Positions 18,322-26,800 of a stretch of DNA of 64,000 nucleotides are shown here, in pieces (position 1 is the stretch's first letter; each line of letters starts with the position of its first letter). The stretch lies in IMG/VR virus record IMGVR_UViG_3300020054_001201; one strand, 5' to 3'. The translations under genes were made by a program, and so were the position numbers. Below the pieces are notes generated by a model that ran no database searches, was not told the origin of the DNA, and was given only the letters and a program-made list of their open reading frames with translations. Source of the stretch: an uncultured virus (IMG/VR IMGVR_UViG_3300020054_001201) (lineage: Duplodnaviria > Heunggongvirae > Uroviricota > Caudoviricetes).

Positions 18322-18959
18322 TCGCTCGCCTCCGTTGGTTCAAAACCGAAGTCAATGCAGGGTTGAGGGTTGCTTGTCGTCGGGGTGGTGGGAATGTAGG
18401 GTGGCGCGTCGCTGTGTTCAGTCGGCTCAAAGCCGAGGGCTGATTGAAGGAGGTCGTTGTAAGCGTGGCTTTGGTATCGTTGAAACTCTTCGTGGAACTT
18501 GGCTTCCCAAGAAAGGTGTTGAGCGATGGGGTTCTGCTTCTCCCAATACGCAATCCATCCACCCGCTTCACGAATGTCTGCCTTCATCTGTTCAATGGGC
18601 GCGAACACATGGTGGTGGGGGAGGAGTGCGAAGTTGTCGGAGAGGGTGCGCTCAACGAAGCGTGGTTCTTTGGCGCGAGCAATCTCTTCGTGGATGCGCA
18701 ACTCCGAGCCGAGCGCGTCAGCAAATCGTTCAGCGTCAAAAATCGTGGCCGCGTTGTTGGGGTTGTGCTTGATGCGAGGAAGGTTGTTGTTCCAGCGCGT
18801 GTTGTGCATTCCACTTTGACATGAGACGCGACCTGCTGAAAGCGTGATGGTGGTGCGCTCGCCAATCTGTGCGAAGGCTTTCTTGTAAAGCGCGTCGTAG
18901 TCAACAGGCGGTGCTTCAAAGCGGTGGTATTGCATGGTGAAGGTGGGTGCGAGACTCAT
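18318..18959 (-). CDS. Hypothetical protein (213 aa) with a duplicated GFEPTE at the C-terminus
   Basis: Coupled ORF. Confidence 0.7.
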   Translation of the reverse strand: MSLAPTFTMQYHRFEAPPVDYDALYKKAFAQIGERTTITLSAGRVSCQSGMHNTRWNNNLPRIKHNPNNAATIFDAERFADALGSELRIHEEIARAKEPRFVERTLSDNFALLPHHHVFAPIEQMKADIREAGGWIAYWEKQNPIAQHLSWEAKFHEEFQRYQSHAYNDLLQSALGFEPTEHSDAPPYIPTTPTTSNPQPCIDFGFEPTEASE

Positions 18960-19276
18960 TCTTCTTCACCTCCGTCGGTGATGGTGAGGTGCGCGATGTA
19001 GTGTTCGTCATCCGACTCTTCATCAACGGTGAGGGTGTAGCGTCCCTCAGCAATCGCCAAGAGGTCGCGCCCTTTCATGTTGGGAAGATGGCTGGTGATG
19101 TAAAACAGACGCGCCGCCAAGTCTTGTGTGTCGGCTCGGAAGGTGTTGCGTGTGTAGTGGTCGGTGTGTTCAATGATGTTGGGGTGCATACCCATGCGGA
19201 TTGTGCAGTCGCCCTCGTCATCGTAGCGTGCGCCACCCTTCGGGAAGTTGATGGTGTAGGTGTTGTCGTCGCTCAT
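18956..19276 (-). CDS. Hypothetical protein (106 aa)
   Basis: Coupled ORF ending GGEEE. Confidence 0.7.
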   Translation of the reverse strand: MSDDNTYTINFPKGGARYDDEGDCTIRMGMHPNIIEHTDHYTRNTFRADTQDLAARLFYITSHLPNMKGRDLLAIAEGRYTLTVDEESDDEHYIAHLTITDGGEEE

Positions 19277-19542
19277 TCTTCCTCACCTCGGAAGACTTCC
19301 TCAATGACACAGTTCTCCGAACCTGCGTTGATGAGATAAGAGAGCCAAGCATTGTCGGGATGATGGTGACCCACCATTTCGGTTGCGAAGTGCGCTGAAG
19401 CCGCCTTGCGGATTGAAGCGATGGCTCGTTCATCGGTGATGTCGGTGTCAGCGCGAACGATGGTGTTGGCTGAAGAGATGGTGGCGATGACGGTGATGTT
19501 TTCTTGGTGGTTGAAAGTCACCTTGAAGACGCGCACACTCAT
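19273..19542 (-). CDS. Hypothetical protein (89 aa)
   Basis: Coupled ORF flanked by identical 22-bp junctions. Confidence 0.7.
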   Translation of the reverse strand: MSVRVFKVTFNHQENITVIATISSANTIVRADTDITDERAIASIRKAASAHFATEMVGHHHPDNAWLSYLINAGSENCVIEEVFRGEEE

Positions 19543-19898
19543 TCTTCCTCACCTCGGAAGTAAACACACTCACACGATTCAGCATAACAATAGAAACAAG
19601 CGCAACAAGTGCCGCGATTAGTTCCATCTCCGATTACACCATCTTCACTCAACTCATTACCACATGATGCACAGGTAGGCGTTGTCTTTCGTGCGTTGTG
19701 TTCAGCGATGAAAGCGTCGCGCTCTTCTTCGGTAGCAAAGAAGCGTTGTTGTGGTTCGTTTGGCTTGTCGCTGTTCAAAGCGTGAGCCAAATCAGCGAGG
19801 CCGAAGCGAGCGAATCTGTCGTGAGCAACAGCACCCGTCGGGTTGATGATGGCGACATAGAACAGGGCGTTGTCGTCGGGGTTCATGATGGTGGTCAT
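19539..19898 (-). CDS. Hypothetical protein with Cys-rich C-terminus
   Basis: CASC...CCACFYC..CEC; ends FRGEEE. Confidence 0.7.
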   Translation of the reverse strand: MTTIMNPDDNALFYVAIINPTGAVAHDRFARFGLADLAHALNSDKPNEPQQRFFATEEERDAFIAEHNARKTTPTCASCGNELSEDGVIGDGTNRGTCCACFYCYAESCECVYFRGEEE

Positions 19899-20242
19899 TC
19901 TTCTTCACCTCGCGAGTCGTCGTCAATGAGGCGTGCGTTCAGTTGCGCCTTCGTTCCGCCAACCTTGAGGCCGCGAGCCTTGCACTCAGCCTTGAGTTGC
20001 GCAACAGACCACTTGGCGTAGTCGCTTTGCTTTATCTCAACGCGGCGGGTATGGGGCAGGTCGTAGGTCGCAGTTGCGCGAACGCTTGTGCCGTGTGTTC
20101 GCACATGCACAGCGTGTTTGCTTCGCCTTGCTCTCATGGTTGTTCCTTCGTGGTTGGTGAAACAGATGGACACACCTTGGTCGGCGCGCTTCAACATCTC
20201 AACAACATCGGCTTCGTTTCGGGTTTGGGGTTTCCATTTCAT
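19895..20242 (-). CDS. SAP-domain DNA-binding protein
   Basis: YAKWSVAQLKAECKARGLKVGGTKAQLNARL is a SAP consensus. Confidence 0.8.
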   Translation of the reverse strand: MKWKPQTRNEADVVEMLKRADQGVSICFTNHEGTTMRARRSKHAVHVRTHGTSVRATATYDLPHTRRVEIKQSDYAKWSVAQLKAECKARGLKVGGTKAQLNARLIDDDSRGEEE

Positions 20243-20281
20243 GGTATCATTTCCTTGTTTTTTTTGGTGTCCGGTGGACTA

Positions 20282-21814
20282 TCATAGGTCATCATCAATG
20301 AGGTCGTCATCATCAACGAGGTCGTCAGCGTCGTCGCTGAAGGAGAGGTATTCGTTCTCTTCATCGGAAGAGACAGACGCGACGCCAGCGTTAAGCATAG
20401 CGAGCGTTGTGTATTTGATATTGGAATGTGGGATGCCTGTCTCTTGAACGAGCCGCCAAAAGGCACGCTGGTCGCCGCTACCTTTGTCGCTCACCCCGTC
20501 AAGAACGAGCATGTAAATGTCCTTGTGCTTAGAGCCACGGAAGACGCGACCAATGGTTTGAATGCGAGAGCGAGTGCTGTTTGTTCCTGTCATCATGATG
20601 AGGCCATCCATGTCGGGAACATCCATGCCTTCTTTGAGCGACTTGCATGTAAGCAGGTAGTCGCTGGCTGATTCTTTCCAGCGTTGGAGTTCGCGCTTCG
20701 CATTCTTGGAATAATCAGCGAGGCGCTTCTTGAATTGAGGTGTGTTCAATTCGGGGTAAGCAATTGCTTGCTCAACAGACAACTCCATGCCGCTGTGATA
20801 GACGCGAGGTTGGATGCCCTCGTCCATGCACATTTGATTGAGTCGTTCAATACCGAAGATGGTTTCGTGGAAGCAAGCCATTTTGTCACCAATGTGTTTG
20901 CGCATGATTGCTTTCACGACATCGTAGCGTGCTTCAATGTCATTCTCCATTCGCTTACGCAACATGGTTTTGTATTTGTAGGACTGCAAAGCAGTTGCGG
21001 CGGCGGCATCGCCGAGGTGTTTGTTTGTCCACGACATGAGGTTAGCGACATTGCCGCCAGCCTTATCCACAGCAGACTTCGCGGCGTGGTATGCGATTCG
21101 CACTTCCTCTTCAATCTCGTAGAGTTGGTTCGTCTCAACCGCATTCGGTTGCACCATGACATAGTGAAGGGTGTAATCAAGCGCGTCGCTGGTTCGTCGG
21201 GACTGTTCAATGCCTTCAATGAGAGTGAGGTCTACGAGAACAGGGGCGTTCATGAGTGTTGATACATCAACATCGTCGTCGCGTTCCGGTGTCGCTGAGA
21301 GCAACAGGCAAGCGTCGCCTTGGAAGTCGTTGAATTGAGACATCGTTTTCTCAGCACCCATTTTGTGACACTCGTCACCGATGATGAGGATTTTCTTGCC
21401 CTTGAGGTGCTTGTTCTTCTTCACCTTAGCGAGCGACATGTAGGTAGTGATGTAAACGGTTTTGTTGAGGTGCGCTTCGTTGTAGCCCGAACAGACGCGA
21501 GCAAACTTGAAGCGCCAGCCTCGTAGGACATCGGCGGTTTGAACCACCAAGTCTTTCGTAGGCACACCGAAGACAATCTTCGCATCCTTACCGTGAAGGT
21601 TGAGCCACCACTTCATCACCATGACGGCAAGGTAGGTCTTCCCTGCTCCTGTCGCCGCCTTGACGGTCATGCGGTGGTCTTCAAGGCCAATGAAGCGAGT
21701 GAAGGCTTCGCTTTGCCAGCGTCGTGACCTGCTCTCAATTGCTTCCGCAGTTATGTCGCCACCCATAGCGGCGATGTTTCTTTCTTTTGTTTGTGTCATC
21801 ATGTTGTTCACCAT
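20282..21814 (-). CDS. Superfamily 2 (XPB/ResIII-like) helicase with acidic tail
   Basis: AATGAGKT, IGDECH, LSATPER, LKEGMDVPD, IQTIGRVFR. Confidence 0.88.
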   Translation of the reverse strand: MVNNMMTQTKERNIAAMGGDITAEAIESRSRRWQSEAFTRFIGLEDHRMTVKAATGAGKTYLAVMVMKWWLNLHGKDAKIVFGVPTKDLVVQTADVLRGWRFKFARVCSGYNEAHLNKTVYITTYMSLAKVKKNKHLKGKKILIIGDECHKMGAEKTMSQFNDFQGDACLLLSATPERDDDVDVSTLMNAPVLVDLTLIEGIEQSRRTSDALDYTLHYVMVQPNAVETNQLYEIEEEVRIAYHAAKSAVDKAGGNVANLMSWTNKHLGDAAAATALQSYKYKTMLRKRMENDIEARYDVVKAIMRKHIGDKMACFHETIFGIERLNQMCMDEGIQPRVYHSGMELSVEQAIAYPELNTPQFKKRLADYSKNAKRELQRWKESASDYLLTCKSLKEGMDVPDMDGLIMMTGTNSTRSRIQTIGRVFRGSKHKDIYMLVLDGVSDKGSGDQRAFWRLVQETGIPHSNIKYTTLAMLNAGVASVSSDEENEYLSFSDDADDLVDDDDLIDDDL

Positions 21815-21824
21815 GTTTTCGCGA

Positions 21825-21895
21825 TATTCTATTTTCTTTCTTAGAAGAATAATATATTCTTCTTATTACAATACAATAAGATTCTTGATAGAACC
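21825..21895. other. AT-rich intergenic island (second copy of type)
   Basis: AGAAGAATAA and ATTCTTGATA are shared with 1633-1715. Confidence 0.6.
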
Positions 21896-22173
21896 CATTC
21901 GTCTTGTGCTGTGAAGCGCGACGGTGAATATGCAAACCGCCTTGCTTCGTTGTGAGTGTCATGTAGTCGCTGATGTAGCGAGGTGAATAGGATGTGTTGC
22001 TTGAACAGCAACAGATGATATGTCAAGAGCATCAAGAGTCGTGCGTGCTTGACGAGGAATGTGATATTCTCGCGACGGAGAACGAGGTAAGCCGCAACCG
22101 TATGGTTGGCGAGCGCCCTTTGTTTATGCCCCGAAGGAGCAACGGTGAAGTGAAACGAGCCGTTGCGAGGCAT

Positions 22174-22222
22174 AAAAAAAAGGGCGGGAGTCAACCCGAC
22201 CCTTCGGGGTCGGGTTGCTCCC
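22174..22222 (-). terminator. Hairpin followed by a T8 tract (minus strand) after the 348-aa gene
   Basis: GGGAG-T-CAACCCGACC CTTCGG GGTCGGGTTG-CTCCC stem, with an A8 run at 22174-22181 on the plus strand. Confidence 0.7.
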
Positions 22223-22281
22223 AAGGAATATGAGGCGTAGGCCGCCACCCAAATGAGAAGTGCTTCAAGCGCTGTGCCGTA

Positions 22282-23328
22282 TCAAACGAGCAGAGAAGCG
22301 GCGCTGTCCATCAACTCAGCCTTTTCAGCGCCGTCTTCTCCGGTGCTGTAAGGCAAGAGCCAACCGTTGTGTGGCGCTGATGGGTGGCTCAAGTCAGCGT
22401 CGGGACTGACCCACGACTTGAACAACTTTTGAACCGTGTCTTCGCTGATGTAACGGCGAAGGTCATGGTCAAAGACAGTCACACCGGCCTTAACCGCAAT
22501 GGTGCAATAGAGCGCACCGATGAGGTTACGAATCCCTCGGTTTTGCTCTTTGTTGGGTTGGCTGGTTTCTTCGCCGCCCTTGAGAAGCCAATCGGTTGCC
22601 CAATCCTTTCCACGGGACGGAGCGATGCCGAGCAACTGAATGCCGCAGAAGTTCGCAACCTTGCGAACGAAGAAGGCCTGTGGCTTCTTCGCAACCGAAA
22701 GGTCAAGCGACTTGTTGGACTTGCCGTAGAAGCGGTTGAAGGTGTTGTCCTTGCGCTTGTTTGGCTCGTCCTTGTAAGCGAGGAAAGCGGCGTGAATCAT
22801 CGCTTCCCTTGCCTCGGCATCACCCAACACTGCTTTGAGGTCAGCGTAGGAGATGTGGTCGCCGGTGACGGTGGCGGTGGTGGTGGTGGTCGCTTCGCTG
22901 AAGTCGTCCATCAAGTCGTCGTCGTCGTCGGCCTCGCTGAGGTCTTCGTCGTCGTCGCCGAGGTCGTCGTTGAAGTGCGCTTCAAGCCGTTCCATGATGA
23001 GGTCGGGCAACGCTTCAACGCCAGCCTTGTTCAGCATCGTCGTGTCCAGCAACGAAAGAGCGTAGCGGTGGGCTGAAATGCAGATGGCGGAGGCCTGCCC
23101 CTTGGTCAAGCCGTTGCTACCTTCACTCCATTTCACCAGCGTCTCTTCGGTCGTGTCGGGGCTGGTCGCAACCAAGAACCGAACAATGTGGGTGTGAACA
23201 CCCGCTTCTTTGGCCGCTTCAAAAGCGACCTTGTTCTTGGCTGTCGTGGGTTTCTTCTCATGGTGATGGCCTCGCTTAGCCAACTCCACAATGTGCTTCG
23301 TCGTTTCTTGCTTCATGTTTTCGTCCAT
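22282..23328 (-). CDS. First early gene; hypothetical protein with a central acidic/Thr-rich linker
   Basis: ATG at 23328 after a GGAGGGTGA RBS; has its own promoter and terminator. Confidence 0.8.
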   Translation of the reverse strand: MDENMKQETTKHIVELAKRGHHHEKKPTTAKNKVAFEAAKEAGVHTHIVRFLVATSPDTTEETLVKWSEGSNGLTKGQASAICISAHRYALSLLDTTMLNKAGVEALPDLIMERLEAHFNDDLGDDDEDLSEADDDDDLMDDFSEATTTTTATVTGDHISYADLKAVLGDAEAREAMIHAAFLAYKDEPNKRKDNTFNRFYGKSNKSLDLSVAKKPQAFFVRKVANFCGIQLLGIAPSRGKDWATDWLLKGGEETSQPNKEQNRGIRNLIGALYCTIAVKAGVTVFDHDLRRYISEDTVQKLFKSWVSPDADLSHPSAPHNGWLLPYSTGEDGAEKAELMDSAASLLV

Positions 23329-23360
23329 GTTGTTTTCACCCTCCTTCGGGTATCTCACTG

Positions 23361-23392
23361 CTCATATTCCGCGTCTGCTTATATACCCCCCC
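23361..23392 (-). promoter_or_regulatory. Putative early promoter (identical to 1586-1617)
   Basis: 32-bp exact repeat containing TATATAAG. Confidence 0.7.
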
Positions 23393-23399
23393 TCGCAAA

Positions 23400-23760
23400 A
23401 TCGGGTTGCGTCTCGCCGGTCGCTAAGTTGCAACAGGGAACGCAACTGCGACCACGCAACCGTATGGTTGGAGGAGCGCGAACCGCGAAGCGTTAGCGGG
23501 ACGACAACCCGCCTTCGCGTTCGCGTTCGCGTTTGCGTTGTTGCGTATTACGCGAAGCCTCGTTGTTCGCGAAGCATTGGTGAAGTTGCGTTGTTGCGCT
23601 TCGCTGTTTGCGCTTCGCGTGGTCGCGAAGCGGGGCAACTTCGCGTTCGCGCTTAGCCGGATTCGCGTTCGCGAACGCGCAATTTGCCCTGCTTAACCGC
23701 GTGCGAAATACAGACATTTTTTTCGTAGGGGCGAAAAAAAATCTCAGCAATTTTTTTCCT
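23400..23760. repeat. Non-coding strand-switch region rich in TTCGCG/CGCGAA/TTGCG repeats and palindromes
   Basis: Nine TTCGCG copies within 23514-23673; 16-bp palindrome CGCGTTCGCGAACGCG at 23664-23679; T7-CG...CG-A8 hairpin near 23717-23741. Confidence 0.75.
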
Positions 23761-23801
23761 AACCGCTACCTTCAAGGGCAGGGTCGTCGTGCGCAACATC
23801 A

Positions 23802-26800
23802 ATGGGTCGCTACATCCGCATCATCAAGGCTGATGAGGAAGAGGGCGAGAAGCCCCGCGAGAATAAACCAAAGCGGCGCAGGATGAGTGAGGCGGAAGCC
23901 ATCAAGTTGGGGCGCGAGGGATTAGAAGGTTACATGAACAACCTCAAAGAAAACCCTCCGCGCTTTGAAGAAGGCGACAAAATCCCCTCAAATAGGGAAG
24001 GAGAACCTTACTTTAGCGTTGGAGACATTAACTACCCGCTCCTGTATAACCAAATCATTTACGCGAACAACATCATGTTCGCCAACCTGTTTGACATGGA
24101 TGAAGAAGCGCGAAAGAAAAGCCTGCCCAAAGAAGGCAAGGCGAGCATTATGTCTGTTCCTATGCTCACGAAGCCTGTTTTGTCGCACCTTGATGGAATG
24201 ATTGAACACTTCGGCGAAGAACTTGAGTTCCAAAAGCAAATGGACGAAGAAGACAACGGCGCGCTCAAAGACGATATGAAGCGAAACTTCGTGCCTCATG
24301 AAATCAGCCATCGTATGCAAGTAGGGCTTGAATCCGATGGGCGTCGCGGTGATTTGGCGAAGCGGAATGTCCTGCGCTCGCTCAAAGGTTTGTCCTCACA
24401 CCCCATTAGCGGGACAACACTTCAAGACTTGGAGGATGTGAGGGTGCGCGGCGTCCGCGTTGCACCGTCGCGCGGTCAGCCACGACAAGAAAAAGAGGCT
24501 CAAATGCCCTCAGCGTTTCAACAGGATTTGGATGAACTCGCTGGTAAAGCGCGTCAGCAATTGGGTGAGTTAAGCGCAGACGGTAGGTTAAAAGACCGAG
24601 AGAAAGCCGCGCGTGAGTTTTACGAGCAAAAGGTCTTTCCTCGCATTGGCGACTACGATGCATTCAAAGCGAATACAAAAGACCTTGACATGAAAATCTC
24701 AAACAAGGCAGGCAATGTCGCGCAATGGAAAAAAATGATTGAAGCAAAAGCGAACAAAGAAGGAATCCCTGTTGCGCAGGCTGTGCATCTCGTGCAGGAG
24801 GATTTCAATCGCTACATGCGTGTTTTTCTTGGAACCGATGCCGTAGGAAGCGCTGGTCGCGGCGGTAAGTTTGGTCGTGAAGCAACTTCCGTTCGCGCGG
24901 ATGATATGGTGACGCCTTCGTTTTACATTGCGGCTAAGGGCTACAATGTGCGCCTTACAGCACCGAACGCACTTGAACAATTGGGTCGTTTCTTTACGAA
25001 AGGCGACGAGGCAAACTCACTCAAAAACAGAAAATTGATGGCTGAATCTCCTATTACTGACGAAGAGAGCGGGAGTATGTTGATTCACCCTGCTATCAAA
25101 AACGCTTACAACGAATCGGGTATTTTTCGTCAAGTGTCTGAGATGGAAGGTGACCGTGGAACATTGTCAAGTCGTCTCAATGTTCCCGACATGCGAAGCA
25201 CTCCTGCACAAGAGGCTGAGCGCGCTGGTGAAACCACCGCTGTCGGGACAGATTTGAGTGATGTAAAACTTGAGACAGAGAAGGACAGAAAGCGAATGCG
25301 TCGTTTTATTTCAAGCGAAAGGGGGAATGAAAAAACCAACCCTCTCACGAGAGATTATCGTTTCGCTGACATTGACCGTATGCGGCGTAACGGATTGATG
25401 GATGATGCCGAACATGCTTACCACTTCGCTCAAATCATGGCGAACTCCATGAGCGATTACACACCTACCTATTTCAGCGAAATACCGAAAGGTTCGGACT
25501 TCCCCGAAGGTCACCCGTATCGTGATTTGTCCGCAGGTGAAATTGAAGAAAAATCGCGCAATTTCATGGACATGCTTGTTGGTTCGGGTCGCCACCTCTA
25601 TCAATTCAAAAAGCACCTTGAAAGTCTCGGTTTGCCTGCAAAGGAAATCAAAGCGATGGGACTTCACGCGAATGACATGGAGAACCTTCATTCAATTCTC
25701 AACGACGATGACCCCTATGCCGCCCTGTCAAAGTTCAACGACGCGCAACAAAAGCGCTATCAGCGTGTCTTGGAGACAGGGGTAAAAGGCAGTTATTTGA
25801 ACAAACTCAACAAGGACTTGGTGGACTTGAGACAAACTGTTGAGGACATTGGTATTGACCCCGTTGACATTGCGGAGATGGGTATGCAATACGCTGAATC
25901 GGGATTCACGCGACAAGGTTACGAAGACGCGTTTCTCAAAATGTTCGGACGCTACGGCGGCGATGTAAACAAAGGTGCAATTCTCCGAACGCTTTATGCA
26001 TGGAAGCGCTCAAATGACAGGCGCTCAAAAGTGCTTGAGCGTGAAGAAGAAAAGAAAAGGCAAATGGAGCCTTTCATGAAGCATTATCAAATGTCGGAAG
26101 AAGAGCGTAAGAATCACGACCTTCAACGACAACCATGCAAAGCGTGCGACCTCAAGTATTTCGCGAATGAAGGACCTAACAAAGACCACCCTCATTTGAG
26201 AGGTCAAGCATCCGCGCATGTTTATTCTGCGGTCATGATACCGGAGTTGGACTACCGATGGAACACGGACACAAAAAAGAACGAAGACATTAGCGTTACT
26301 ATCGGCGATGATTCGTTATTGAGCATGGCGGCTTACCTTTTCGGCGAAGGCGACGAAGACGAATACATGGAAAAAAAGTTGCGATATTACGGTTTGGCTG
26401 GTGAAGAAGGCGAAGTCTCCGATGTTGAAACGGCAGACAAACGCGACCGTCGTGTGATAAAATTGGGCAATGACTTGAAGAAAGCCATCAAAAAAGCAGT
26501 CATTCACACCTCTTCTCCTTATCACGCAAAGGCGCAAAAACTCGCCAAAGAGTTTGGACTTGATGTGCGCGACAGAGTGGTAAGGCCGCGCGGTTTCGCT
26601 ATGCGGGACCCATTTGAACGGCAAGCATTGGGATTGATTCATCCTTCAGCGTTTCAAGGCGATGCTGAACGCGAACGGACGCGCATCCACAATTTAACTG
26701 CCGCGCAGTTTAGCGGCGTTGTTGAAGCATTTGACCTCGTTCAAGACATGAAAAGCGGCGCAATCCGCGATGGAAAGAAAGCCTTTGACATGAAGAAACT

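Noticed and set aside
21841..22248. 135-aa and 79-aa ORFs between the helicase and the first early gene
   Set aside because: They overlap a terminator, a repeat and an AT-rich island and have atypical composition; probably non-coding.
23188..23886. ORFs across the TTCGCG region (e.g. RVRVRV, NANANA peptides)
   Set aside because: Translations of DNA-level repeats with no RBS or plausible product.
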